Part shown: piece by piece, positions 11,820-24,089 of the stretch
Layout of the letters: every line of letters begins with the position of its first letter
How positions within the stretch are numbered: position 1 is the first letter of the stretch
Assembly: GCF_001194135.2 (NCBI RefSeq)
Contig: NC_068987.1
Location: forward strand, 33,379,148-33,432,237
Length of the DNA: 53,090 bases
Direction of reading: 5' to 3'
Source: Octopus bimaculoides
Taxonomy: Eukaryota
Translations under genes and position numbers: made by a program
The notes under the pieces: model-generated
The model's database searches: none
Seen by the model: the letters and a program-made list of their open reading frames with translations, nothing else
Told to the model about the DNA's origin: nothing

Positions 11820-13030
11820 CTCTTAATAAAGAACTCAGGTAGACAATGCTTTTATTAAAATGTGTGGAGTACCTACCGAAGCAGATTTTTCTATGAAAAC
11901 AATATCGCATGGTATTCCAAACCACTTGAAGAAGTCTTGAAGTTTAATTCGGATTGATCTTAATGCCCTGATCACAACTGGTATCATTTTTACATTTCCC
12001 TCTCGCAATCCAAATAGCCTTCGATTCTCTGATATCAAGTCGGAATACTTGCTTTTTTTTCTACATTTTTACTCGAAATATTCACCTCATATGGTATGGC
12101 TACGTCAATAATCTGATAGTATTGGTGTTCCTTGTTCAATACAACGCTATCCGTTCGGTAATGCTCACTTAGTGTATCAATCAGTAATTCACAATCCCAG
12201 AATATCACTGCTTTCCAATCCTCCTGCATTACTTTGCTAGGTACATTCTCATACAAATACTTTGTTCCTTCGCATTAGTATGTACGATATAAAAGCCTCT
12301 GAAAGTACAGACTCTATCATGACAGGGCTTGTATTCTTTTTGTGCCAGGCTCTCATATCCACTTACCAAATGAGATACATTTTCCACATTCTCTTTACAG
12401 TATGCACATCGTGGTGTTATATTTCAACGAAATGTAACATGCAGATGTTATATTTCACCGAACAGGCATCAAAATCTTGGTCTTGTGCTACAATTATAAG
12501 TCTTTCAGTAGTACACTTCAAATTGCCTTGCTTAAGCCATGTCCTGGATGTTTTATCCTTAATATCCATTGTATTTCTTTCAACTGACCATGCATTATCA
12601 TTTTCAGAACTTCTTTTCTCTTCTCATCAATTCTTTATTAATAAATAATTTCTCTGCATTTACAACCATATCTACTGCTGCATATTGCAACAACTATTCG
12701 TTTCTCTACCAAATATTCTGTAAGTGTTCTCCTTTCATTCCTTATACAATGACTCATACTAATGAAACCTCTACAATCATGCATTCTATTCATGTACAAT
12801 CCATTTATAATTTTTCGTCTTTCCCTCTAGCTTTGATATATCTTCTTCAATCGACCTGAGAATTGACGCACTATAACGAACCACTGAAAATGCACAGATA
12901 CTCATTGCAGTGACTAGATTTATCGAATTCAGTTTGGATTTTAAAATCATTTTTCCTTTGTAATTATGTCTCTCGAAAAAGAAAAAAGAAGGCACTGTAA
13001 CGGAAATCAAATAATTTGACAACAATTGTT
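11820..13030 (-). mobile_element. R4/Dong-clade retrotransposon (thumb through REL), decayed
   Basis: Minus strand AFSVVRYSASILRSIEEDISKLEGKTK, LVAQDQ, IFWDCELLID...EHYRTDSVVLNKEHQYYQIIDVAIPYEVN, KMIPVVIRAL, EKSASVGTPHILIKAL. Confidence 0.85.
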
Positions 13031-13129
13031 TACAATTGACAAAATCGTTAAAGTATAGTGCACAGAAGGGAAGGAGAAAATTAGGAAATATTAATACAGA
13101 AAAAATATACTAATAATAAAACTTGAACT

Positions 13130-13815
13130 CAATGATAAAAATAAAAGAATGGCGTTAAACGGTGTAGTCCTGCTAATCATAAATTGCAACTTCAAAATGA
13201 GAAACTGGAATCGAGACAGGCAGAACAAGAGGAAACTAGTAATAAGATACTGAAACCACAAATCTAAAGCAGACTCAGACAGAAAATACCTACCATGATT
13301 TGAAGAAGAACGTGGCTGACACAGAATATTACAAAAAAAAATCAAGTTGGAGAAGAAAGATAGTTAGAAACAAAATACTATATTACTATAAGTAGTAAAG
13401 GAACGCGAAAAAACAAATTGCTTTTACTAATGCAGTAGAAGGTAATAAAGTACAAAACAGAAAGAAAATTCACTGAGGCATTGCACTCAGATGACAAAAA
13501 ACAAATGAAATAATTAAATGGACAAAACTCAATATGAAAACAGTAAACAAAACATAAAGACAAAAAAAAACGGAGAAGAAAATCTCTCCATGTCCAATAT
13601 CTTGCAAATTTGGGCACATAAATTAAACGGAATTATAACCATCAACGGCTGAAAGGCTCTGAAAGAAAAGCTGAAACGGAAGAATGGATTCTCACTGCAC
13701 ATGACCGACGCCTGACCATAGACAAAATAAAAAGGCAAAGATATAAATTCAAGTTTAAACAGCAAATGCAGAATGTGCAACCAGCACTATGAAACAGTTG
13801 GCTGCATCATCTCAG
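13130..13815 (+). mobile_element. R4/Dong-clade fragment (post-RT to CCHC finger), decayed
   Basis: Plus strand HKSKADSDRKYLP (cf. HPKADxDRLYLPR), KAETEEWILTAHD, and SKCRMCNQHYETVGCIIS. Confidence 0.75.
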
Positions 13816-14432
13816 ACAACTCAGTAATATACAAACCTGAATATATATCTATATATCTATATATCTATATCTAGACAAATATTAGAATAAAAGGATGAAA
13901 TCACGTTTAATGCAGCATGCAATAAAGATATATTGGTGATTTATACGTTAAATTAATAATTATATATATAATTATAAATAATTGCAGCGTGGAAGATGTT
14001 TATAAGCCATTTAAGAAACACACAAAAACCGTTGGATCCACTTCAACATTTAAATTTAAATGTTGACACCGATATTGTGTCATCTTTTCGTAATGATGTG
14101 AAGTATGTTAGTTCCAGACAGGGGAAGGTAATCAGGGATTTTTTCGGTATAAGGGAGATAACCAAAATGTTGGGGATGACTAGGTTTAATTAAATCAACG
14201 TGATTTCGTTTAGTAAGAATAGAATGTTAGAAGTGGTTAGGTTTGCTTCATTTTTTTCAATGAGTTATGCTTCCTCATTTAAAACTGTTAGAAATGATTA
14301 AGTACTGGATTATATTCTTCAATGAAGTAGGATTTATTATTTAATCTCTAATGAGTTCTGAATTGCGTTGCTAACAATTATAATACTACTACTGCCGCCG
14401 CTGTTTCCGCCACCGCTGTTTTCGTTCCTCAG

Positions 14433-14467
14433 CAGTTACACGATGCGATTCGCCATCTTCTTGAATT
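14433..14467 (+). other. Candidate 35-nt exon (QLHDAIRHLLE..), unverified
   Basis: Polypyrimidine acceptor ctgttttcgttcctcag, donor gtaagt, open reading; sits in a local GC-rich patch with a CGCCATCTT YY1-like motif. No homology recognised. Confidence 0.25.
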
Positions 14468-14687
14468 GTAAGTGACTGCACTCCTGCAGAACTTATTTTG
14501 TGGGTCGAATATGGCCCCATGTGTAGCTAAGCAAACACAGAAATATTAGTAACGAGTTGCTGACGTTTCTATTAATAGTGGGAAAATGTACAATGAAACA
14601 GCGTCACCAACTGGTGTAAACAATGTTTTAAAAACAAACGCACCAGGAACGTTCGAAGACACATCCAATTTTGTCAACAACAACAGC

Positions 14688-15026
14688 AAGAAGAAGAAGA
14701 AGAAGAAGAAGAAGAAGAAGAAGAAGAAGAAGAAGAAGAAGAAGAAGAAGAAGAAAAAGAAGAAGGAGGAGGTGGTGGAGGATCAGAAGAAGGAGGAGGA
14801 CGGGGAGAAAAGGAGGAGGAGGAGGAGAAGAAGAAGAAAAGAAGAAGGAGGAGGGGGAGGAGAAGAAGAAGAAAAAGAAGAAGAAGGAGCAGGAGAAGAA
14901 GAAGAAGAAGAAGAAGAAGAAGAAGAAGAAGAAGAAGAAGAAGAAGAAGAAGGAGCAGGAGCAGAAGAAGAAGAAGAAGAAGAAGAAGAAGAAGAAGAAG
15001 AAGAAGAAGAAGAAGAAGAAGAAGAA
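14688..15026. repeat. (GAA)n/(GGA)n compound polypurine microsatellite
   Basis: Directly visible; source of the poly-K/E/R/S ORFs. Confidence 0.95.
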
Positions 15027-15027
15027 C

Positions 15028-15600
15028 TACCCTGATGCAGTACCATGGAGTGACTTTTAGGTTTCTGATCTTAACTGACTGGAAGTGTTATAGTGTACGT
15101 GTTTTTCTATGATATAAAAGACGGGCTGCAGCAAATATTCTGCTCAGTACAACAGATTTTTGTGTCAGTTGCTTGACCTTAACAAGGTGAGAAAATCCCT
15201 TATTGTCTGACGATATGTGCATCTCTCATCGCAAGCAGAAGTAGTGGGAGAGTATCATAGTTATATTTTGAGAAAAATTCTTTGGGGCTTGAATAACTCA
15301 CCTCAGGAAATATGTGTGGTTCATTCATCATCCTTAAACAAACCTCATTCATGGACCTTTTGAGTGGGAGGGGCTACTCAACCTGAAGAAAATTGTAACT
15401 GGGCTCCAACCGCAAGGCCACGCGCTATTTATCTTGATAGAGTTCACCATTTCGCGTACATATGGTTGTAATTCCTGTGCCTGTTGTACACTTATCAGAT
15501 AGGTAGTAATGATGGGTATATTGGGCTTCGTATATTTGTACCCCAGTGTCACCTTAATGGCAAGCACTGCTCTGTCAATGAATAATAATAATATTGATAA
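15028..15600 (+). mobile_element. ~570 bp non-coding dispersed retroelement with (AAT)n tail (SINE-like or an RLE-LINE 3' UTR)
   Basis: Ends ...gtaccccagtgtcaccttaatggcaagcactgctctgtcaatg-aataataat. Inverted partial copies at 11562-11745 and 32475-32694. Confidence 0.7.
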
Positions 15601-15608
15601 TAATCTGT

Positions 15609-15817
15609 TCTTCTATAGACACAATACATGGAATCTTTTTGGGTATTGGGTAAGTCGATTACATCAACTTTCAGTACTCAGCTGACACTTAATTTACCGA
15701 TCCCGAAAGGATTAAAGCAAAGTCGACCTCGGTGGAATTTGAACTCAGAATATGAAGATGGACGAAATACCGCAAATCATCTTGTCCGAGTACTAATGAT
15801 TTTGTCAGTGGCCGCCA
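15609..15817 (-). mobile_element. tRNA-derived SINE, same family as 9077-9269
   Basis: gatcccgaaaggattaaagcaaagtcgacctcggtggaatttgaactcagaa core. Confidence 0.8.
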
Positions 15818-15871
15818 TAATGTTTATAATAATAATTCTTTGTACTATAGTGGTGGCTCTCATACTTTTGA

Positions 15872-15899
15872 CAGTGGTTTCCAACAGTGGTTCCCAACC
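15872..15899 (+). mobile_element. hAT/Charlie-type terminal inverted repeat end, duplicated in tandem
   Basis: cagtggtttccaa-cagtggttcccaacc matches the CAGTGGTTCCCAAC hAT-Charlie terminus. The partner end was not found (a gap follows). Confidence 0.4.
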
Positions 15900-16019
15900 C
15901 ATTTATTTAAATGTGTTTTCCCACGCCCCTCTTTTAATATTCTTATCCTTATATATATATATANNNNNNNNNNNNNNNNNNNNNNNNNNNNNNNNNNTAT
16001 ATATATTATTATGATTGAC

Positions 16020-16202
16020 CGTTGACTGAACACTATTCAATTTTTTTTTCTCCGTGTTTTTCTCCTTGTCTCCGTATTCTTTCTGTTGAAGAGCGTAGCT
16101 CGAAACGTCAAAGACTTTCTGTATTCCCGAGCGTCATACTAATATATACTTTTGTTATTTACACCACCTGTCCTCGTCTGTTGTTATTTTTTGTATATTC
16201 TC

Positions 16203-16205
<3 letters not shown>
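16020..16205 (+). mobile_element. Penelope-type pseudo-LTR-like repeat carrying a hammerhead-like motif (family copy 1)
   Basis: Homologous to 27955-28150 (gctcgaaacgtcaaagactttct...ttcccgagcgt...tttacaccacctgt). Both copies lie between (TA)n runs. Confidence 0.6.
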
Positions 16206-16238
<33 letters not shown>

Positions 16239-16304
16239 GAAATTTTGAAGTTAGTTCACGGACTACCAGTATTACCCTTGCAGACCCCAGGTCAGAAACC
16301 TTAG

Positions 16305-16526
16305 TATTATAGACACAGAGCTTTACTTTGAGGGAATGGGTGAATGGATTACATTCAGCCAATGCTCAGCTTGTAGTTATATAACTGAAATGACTAATTT
16401 CATCTCCGAGAGAATGAAATTTTGATGTTCAGTTCAGTAAAATTTTAACTCAGACTGTAAAAACTGAAGAAAAGTCCTTAAAGCATTTTATGCGTCGCAT
16501 TAACGATTCTGCCAGTTCGCTATCTT
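16305..16526 (-). mobile_element. Degenerate tRNA-SINE of the 9077 family
   Basis: Ends aagcattttatgcgtcgcattaacgattctgccagttcgc; internal ccgagagaatgaaa...aactcaga. Confidence 0.6.
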
Positions 16527-17145
16527 AACAACAATTATATTATTATTAATAATAATAATAATAATAATAATAAACTACTGAGGCATTACATTTTATTTGT
16601 TTAGCATTAGCCATACAGCAAAGGAAAATAAATAAAGAAAAAATGCAGATTATATAGAGATAGATGTGGATGTATTTATCTACGCAAATATTACACACCA
16701 ATTACTTATATAGCGAAGCAAATTCTATTATAGATTCCTCGGTTGGAAACAAAAACAGACAGAAATAAACAAACTGATTTATGTTCAATCAAACCGTTAA
16801 AAATTCCAAGACAATACATGGAGAATAGAATCTATACCGACACACCGACACACATGCGCTGAATATATAAAGACTCAGATAGGCATAACAAAATAATACG
16901 CTTGCAACACATGTAGCCAGAGAGTAAGACAAAGAGAAAAGAACGTATAAACATACATATACATATGAATGCCGCATGAAGTGAAGAGGGAAATGAAGTT
17001 AAGGTTATTCTATTATGATGATTAAATTAGATTTGTCAGTTGAATTGGTTGTGTTCAGCTTCAAATTCCTGGTGGTGTTTCTGTTGTGAGATACAATGAT
17101 GATCGCGATGCTGCCGAAGATGGTGAATATGATGATGTTAATAAA

Positions 17146-17209
<64 letters not shown>

Positions 17210-17238
17210 GCAACAACTATAACAACAACAATAATATT

Positions 17239-17630
17239 TGTTTCAAATTTTGGTAGGAAGCCAGCAATTTAGGAATGGAATTGAGCAAGTCGACACTAGA
17301 AGTCGTCTGGTACTTTATTTGATGAGAAAAATAGCGTTTGAATACAGATTAGGAAAACCGAGAAATAATACTGTAAAGGCGAGCTAACTATTTTGTTAGC
17401 TCACCACATCAATAATAATGATTTCAAATTTTGGCACAGAGCTAAGTTTCAGGGGAGGAGGAAAAGCGATTGCGTCGACCCCAGCATTAAACTGGCACTT
17501 GTTTTATCGATTGCTAACGGATGAACAGCAAATTCGACCTCGGCGAAATTTGAAACTGAGAACGTAAAGACGGAGGAAATGTCGTTAAGCATTTTGCTCG
17601 GCGTGCTACTGACACCGCTAGCTCACCACC
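17239..17630 (-). mobile_element. Two tandem copies of the 9077-family SINE (17239-17407 degenerate; 17421-17630 better preserved)
   Basis: Both begin tttcaaattttgg and end ctagctcaccac/ttagctcaccac. The second contains aaattcgacctcggcgaaatttgaaactgagaacgtaaagacgg. Confidence 0.75.
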
Positions 17631-17633
17631 AAA

Positions 17634-17917
<284 letters not shown>

Positions 17918-18300
17918 AATGCCTTCTAATTGATATATCAACACCAGCAGATGACAACGTTTCTCTAAAAGAAATGGAGAAACTTTCAAAATACAAAGAC
18001 CTTGAAATAGAGGTAACTCAAATGTGGAATCTAAACACAGAAACAATTCCTATCATAGTAGGCGCCTTACATATACTATAAAAATATTTAGACAACTACA
18101 TAACACAAACACCAGGACTTACAAATATACATAACATAGAGAAAATTGCACTACTGGGCACTGCACACATCCTACGCAAAACACTTTCAATACAGTAACC
18201 ATAAGAGCATCACAGCAAACTACAGCACATACCCAAGGCACACAGAGGTGCGTTCGGTAGTGAAGTGAAAGCACGTTATAAAAATTTAAACTACTGAATA
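17918..18300 (+). mobile_element. R4/Dong-clade 3' end (REL domain and 3' UTR) with (TAA)n tail
   Basis: KCLLIDISTPADDNVSLKEMEKLSKYKDLEIEVTQMWNLNTETIPIIVGAL...NIEKIALLGTAHILRKTLSIQ*. Confidence 0.9.
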
Positions 18301-18351
18301 ATGATAATAATAATAATAATAACAAACAATTTTAAAAATTAAATAAATAAA

Positions 18352-18550
18352 TAAGGACCTGGAAATTGAAATACAAAAGATGTGGCATCTAAAAGTGAGA
18401 CCTATTCCTGTAATTGTAGGTGCCCTAGGTATGATAAAATAAATGGATGTCAGAAATAACTAGATACGATCCCAGGAGAACCATAGTTCAGAGAAATCCA
18501 AAAGATAGTGCTGACAAGTACTGCTCCCATCCCTAAAAGAACCTATCCAT
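18352..18550 (+). mobile_element. Second R4/Dong REL C-terminal fragment
   Basis: KDLEIEIQKMWHLKVRPIPVIVGALGMIK...FREIQKIVLTSTA. Confidence 0.8.
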
Positions 18551-18934
18551 TTAAACGTCTGTGTTGTATTGCATGAAAATAATTCGCTACTGCCCCTACC
18601 ACTTTCCCTCCCCAAGNNNNNNNNNNNNNNNNNNNNNNNNNNNNNNNNNNNNNNNNNNNNNNNNNNNNNNNNNNNNNNNNNNNNNNNNNNNNNNNNNNNN
18701 NNNNNNNNNNNNNNNNNNNNNNNNNNNNNNNNNNNNNNNNNNNNNNNNNNNNNNNNNNNNNNNNNNNNNNNNNNNNNNNNNNNNNNNNNNNNNNNNNNNN
18801 NNNNNNNNNNNNNNNNNNNNNNNNNNNNNNNNNNNNNNNNNNNNNNNNNNNNNNNNNNNNNNNNNNNNNNNNNNNNNNNNNNNNNNNNNNNNNNNNNNNN
18901 NNNNNNNNNNNNNNNNNNNNNNNNNNNNNNNNNN

Positions 18935-18978
<44 letters not shown>

Positions 18979-19000
18979 GATGATGATGATGATGATGATG

Positions 19001-19053
<53 letters not shown>

Positions 19054-19081
19054 TACAACAACAACAACAGTAATAATAATA

Positions 19082-20700
19082 CAAAATAAAGTGAAGACTT
19101 TAAGACAAGATCTGAGTAGAATAGGCGCCTGGAACCTGAACCGATTGGGAAACACAAGAAACAAATCTTCACTCGAGAAAAAGATACTTAGTCAAAGAGA
19201 AAGGATTTGGGACAGTAATAGAAGAGCTGAATCAGAGCATCATAGCAGTTGCAGGCAAGCTTTCCAGTTATCAGAAAGGAATAGATTACTATCAACAGAA
19301 TCGATTATTTGAGACGGACCTGAGATTTTATAACCAAATAGATAGTTCAGAAACCTGATGCAGAAGAAGTTAGAAAGTACTGGAGTGTAGGGAAAAATGC
19401 TTAATTGGAAGCGTCCAGGACTAGATTTGGTCCAAAGGTACTTGATAAAAAAATTTAGCAGTTTACATGGAAGGCTGAGGAAACGACTTCAGCATTGCTT
19501 TAATGGAGGAATAATACCAGACTCTATGACTAGAGGGAGGATAAGGCTCATTAGGAAAGATAAAAGAAAGGGTAATACCGCTAGAAACTATAGATCAAAC
19601 ACTTGTTTACAATTAGTATGGAAGCTGTTAATAGGAATGCTTTCAGAACAAAAAACGGTTTCAGGAAGAACTCTATTATACATAGACAAAGCAGTTCTAA
19701 ATGAAGTAAAAGCTAGAATGAAGAGAACAGTAGCATGAATAGATTATAGAAAAGCCTATGACATGATCCCACACTCATGGATAATTGAATGCCTGAGAAT
19801 ATTCAATATAGCAGACAACATAAGAGAGTTGTTTAGCTTTGACATGAAGAAATGGAAAGTAGATCTTTACTCAGGTGACACTGTTACGGAAAGTTAATAT
19901 CAAAAGAGGAATTTTCACGGCGGACTCGTTGTCTCCTTTAATTTTTGTCCTATATTTGATCCCCTAAGTTTAGTATTAATTGGGCCAAATGCAGGGTGTC
20001 AATTTAGAAGTAGTAAGGGAAAAATTAACCATTTGTTTTTCATGGACGATCTGAAGTTTTTTTTATTAAGAATGAAAAAGATACAGATCCCTTTATACAG
20101 GGTGTAAGACACTTCAGCAAAGCTATAGACATGGAATTTGGTATAGAGCATTGTGAGAAATGGGCTAGTCAACACTGAAGGCATCCAATTACCAGATGGT
20201 CAGACATTAAAATCATTGAAAGGAGGCGAGAGTTATAAGTGTCTAAGAGTACTAATTATAGAAATGAAAATGAAAATTGGGAAGAAGTACATCAGAAGTG
20301 TGAAGACCTCAGTGAAGTCCGAATCTAATGCAGGCTGTAAGTACTTGGACAGTATCATTATTTAGATACACAGCAACTTTCGTAGATTGGACATAAACTG
20401 AATTAGCAAAGCTAGACAGAAGAACTGGGAAGGAATTCAATACGAATGGAGGACTCCACCCAAGTGCAGGACTAGCAAGATTATATTTACCTAGAAAGGA
20501 AGGCGGAAGAGGTTTAATGTCAGCAGAAGACTGTGTGGAGTTAGCTGGTGTAGATATAGACTCCTACGTAGAGAAGAATGTTTATTGAAAGCTGCTAGAG
20601 TCCCACAAGACATAGGGAAACCAAAACCCTAAACGAAGTTAATACCAGAAAAATAGAAAGGAAATCTGACTGGCATGAAAGGTGTATCATGGTAGTTTCT
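19082..20700 (+). mobile_element. R4/Dong-clade retrotransposon with full RT core, pseudogenised, bounded by (TAA)n on both sides
   Basis: NWKRPGLD, ARNYRSNTCLQLVWKLLIG, IDYRKAYDMIPHSWIIECL, IKRGIF..DSLSPL, INHLFFMDDLK, GESYKCL, GLHPSAGLARLYLPRKEGGRGLMSAEDC; many stops and frameshifts. Confidence 0.92.
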
Positions 20701-20724
20701 CAAAGATAGTTGCAGCAAATAGTC

Positions 20725-20809
<85 letters not shown>

Positions 20810-20912
20810 AAGAAGAAGAAGAAGAAGAAGAAGAATAAGAAGAATAAGAAGAATAAGAAGAAGAAGAAGAAGGAGGAGGAGGAGGAGGAGGAGGAGGAAG
20901 AGAAGAAGAAGA
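20725..20912. repeat. (AAT)n-(GAA)n-(GGA)n compound microsatellite
   Basis: Directly visible. Confidence 0.95.
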
Positions 20913-21129
20913 AGTATTGACTTTAAATGACTTAAGCAAAAGATGTAACAAATTTCCTTTTAAATGATGGAAAGATGATTGATTGATGGTTGTTTGTTTT
21001 TAGTTGTGGTCACTCCCGTCGATTTCGATTTATAAGTTTCAAAGAGAGGAAAAAAAAATATTAATTAGAAGAAATTCCATTTATTTGCGATGGATGTGTG
21101 CATTTTGCTATGAAGTCAAAATGGGGTCA

Positions 21130-21330
21130 CTGAAGATTTTGATTTTGCTTAGTACTTGACAAATATATCTTCTGATTGCAGAATATGATTCTTTTAGTGT
21201 TCTTTTGCTTCAACTGAAATTCTTTTGATACACCATGACACATTTTACGACAGGCAGATCGATCAAAGCAATAACTTTCCCAGTACGTCATACTAAGCCG
21301 TAGACAGTTTAGTAATTGCAACGTATCCTA
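21130..21330 (-). mobile_element. Possible mariner transposase remnant
   Basis: DRSACRKMCHGVSKEFQLKQKNTKRIIFC loosely resembles the mariner (L/M)GxRKxxARWVPxxLTxxQKxxRxxxC segment. No catalytic motif seen. Confidence 0.25.
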
Positions 21331-21479
21331 CTAAGGTCGGATTTTTGTTTACTGCACAGGATCCCTCTTCTTGTTAGCTGCACATAAGGACTTTCAATTA
21401 TGGATACAAGTATCAGGTTATTTTGGAGTACGACAAAATCAAAGAGAGATGAAGGAAAGATTTAGGTGAGAATACGTGA

Positions 21480-21960
21480 GGAGAACCAAGTCAGTTATGA
21501 AGAGTAATCTCAATAGAAGGAATAAGCCTTGGGTTATGAACACATGGTAAGTCTTTTTAAAGGGAGATGGCAAATGGATAGCTTGAGGAAATGTGTAGAA
21601 AAACCCAGAAAAGTGATGACAATGAGCAAGTAACTGCACACTAAAAGAGATGTCGATTCTTTGTATGTCTATAAACAAGAAAAACACATACGAAGCATTA
21701 TGTGAGTTGTCAATAAAGAAAACAGTGTGGGAGATATGTTAAACAGCAGATTGAACATTTGGTTGTTTAGGTTGAAAATAACAAAACAATACCTAATGAA
21801 AATATGTCGCGACCAAAAGAATTTAAGCAACCACATGGAGAGCAGAGATTGGACAACTGGAAAGTGAAAACGATGAATGAGCAATATCTTAGAGAAATAG
21901 AAGGGAAACAAAAGACTAATACATTCAGGAGAAATGATCTGAAAGGGTGAACTGAAATAT
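21480..21960 (+). mobile_element. R4/Dong-clade post-RT fragment, decayed
   Basis: PRKVMTMSK*LHTKRDVDSLYVYKQE (cf. TRKLMTMxxxLHPKSDVDRLYV). Confidence 0.65.
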
Positions 21961-22424
21961 TGATTTTCATTTGGTAGAAAAAAGGGGGAGAAAAACAGAG
22001 GAAAGAAGGAAAAAGAGGAAATGAAAATAAAACGAAAACAAAGAAAATAAAAGGGAAAAGGGAGAGAAAATTCATAGCGATAATACTCCTCTCAATACGC
22101 GTGACATAACAGTTAAGAAATTCTTTTGCACTTACAGTATGGAGGGTAAGACAGGGATCATACTCAGATCATTCCAAGTTCCCTTACAATCACTGCTATT
22201 TTAACTGTCTTAAGATGCTCCATATTTCGATTTCTATGAATAAATCTTTATATTTTCTGAGCCTATCAAATTCTTTTGCCGAGATATTATGATCACAAGT
22301 TATCCTAATTATTATAATAATCGCCAGAGCAGGAGGTATGTTTTTGGAGTGCTGTAATTTTATATTTAGTTCACTCCTTTTAAAATATTCTATACTGTAT
22401 TTTATTGGTTAAACCGTTTTGCAA

Positions 22425-22960
22425 TCCAGCTGTCCTCCAACGGAGCTGACATTTCTCCGAAAATTTGATTCGAAGAAAGTTAACATTGAAAATGGCGACG
22501 AATAGCGGGAGTGAGGAAGGAAGGTGTTATGGTGATGTGCACGAGGAATTCCCCACCCTCCCTTCCATGAATGGCAGCAGACTGCAGGAAGGAAAGAAGG
22601 ATGAAGAAGAAGTGAAGAGTCAAGAATAGAAGAAAGAAGAGGAAAAGCAGAAAGAACGCGAGAGGAAGGAAGAAGTAAAGTCTTCCTCACTACATAGAAA
22701 TTGTAGCAGCACGAAGAACAACATTGACAATGTTGCGAAGAATCTAACAAAAATGGAGGTGAAAAGGAATGGAAGGTGAGCAGAATTGACGCCTCGAAGC
22801 TACAGCGAAGCGACCAGTAGTCTACAGGTGTGTGAACACAAATACACGGAAGCTCAAAGGTGCTAAACGCACCTAAAGTTATCAACAATGAGACATTTGT
22901 TCGGTTCCATTCTCAGTAGCGTCACCACACCTAGGCTCACAGATCCAGTCTACCAAATGG
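22425..22960 (+). mobile_element. Tx1/L1-type LINE 5' end with ORF1 start, decayed
   Basis: aaaATGGCGACG start then MATNSGSEEGRCYGDVHEEFPTLPS followed by a Glu/Lys-rich stretch with stops. Typical of Tx1 ORF1 N-termini; family assignment is an inference. Confidence 0.45.
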
Positions 22961-23902
22961 TCAACAAACAAGTCTGACATACATACATACATACATATAT
23001 ATATATATATANNNNNNNNNNNNNNNNNNNNNNNNNNNNNNNNNNNNNNNNNNNNNNNNNNNNNNNNNNNNNNNNNNNNNNNNNNNNNNNNNNNNNNNNN
23101 NNNNNNNNNNNNNNNNNNNNNNNNNNNNNNNNNNNNNNNNNNNNNNNNNNNNNNNNNNNNNNNNNNNNNNNNNNNNNNNNNNNNNNNNNNNNNNNNNNNN
23201 NNNNNNNNNNNNNNNNNNNNNNNNNNNNNNNNNNNNNNNNNNNNNNNNNNNNNNNNNNNNNNNNNNNNNNNNNNNNNNNNNNNNNNNNNNNNNNNNNNNN
23301 NNNNNNNNNNNNNNNNNNNNNNNNNNNNNNNNNNNNNNNNNNNNNNNNNNNNNNNNNNNNNNNNNNNNNNNNNNNNNNNNNNNNNNNNNNNNNNNNNNNN
23401 NNNNNNNNNNNNNNNNNNNNNNNNNNNNNNNNNNNNNNNNNNNNNNNNNNNNNNNNNNNNNNNNNNNNNNNNNNNNNNNNNNNNNNNNNNNNNNNNNNNN
23501 NNNNNNNNNNNNNNNNNNNNNNNNNNNNNNNNNNNNNNNNNNNNNNNNNNNNNNNNNNNNNNNNNNNNNNNNNNNNNNNNNNNNNNNNNNNNNNNNNNNN
23601 NNNNNNNNNNNNNNNNNNNNNNNNNNNNNNNNNNNNNNNNNNNNNNNNNNNNNNNNNNNNNNNNNNNNNNNNNNNNNNNNNNNNNNNNNNNNNNNNNNNN
23701 NNNNNNNNNNNNNNNNNNNNNNNNNNNNNNNNNNNNNNNNNNNNNNNNNNNNNNNNNNNNNNNNNNNNNNNNNNNNNNNNNNNNNNNNNNNNNNNNNNNN
23801 NNTATAATATAAGGATAAAATCTTTATAAGAATTTACCAAGTAGTCAGCGTGAAAAAACCTCATAAGGAAAAAAACCATCATTTTTTTCCCATAAATATA
23901 TA

Positions 23903-24085
23903 TATAATTTATATAAAGGGCATTACTATACAGTAATGCTTCACGCTTAGAGGGACTTTATAAGTCAAAACTACCCAAAATAAGCACATATTCACCGATC
24001 GCGAGGGAATGCAACTTTCAAAGCTTATAAAGTCCCTCTAAGCGTGAGGCATTACTATATAGTAATGCCTTTTATATAAATTATA
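23903..24085. mobile_element. 183-bp MITE-like element with 62-bp terminal inverted repeats
   Basis: 23903-23964 matches the reverse complement of 24024-24085 at 59/62 positions; 59-bp spacer; TA-rich flanks. Confidence 0.85.
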
Positions 24086-24089
24086 TTAT

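Noticed and set aside
14586-15035. 149-aa acidic/basic ORF (MYNETASP...KKK...EEE)
   Set aside because: Almost entirely (GAA)/(GGA) microsatellite; the unique N-terminal part has no recognisable motif.
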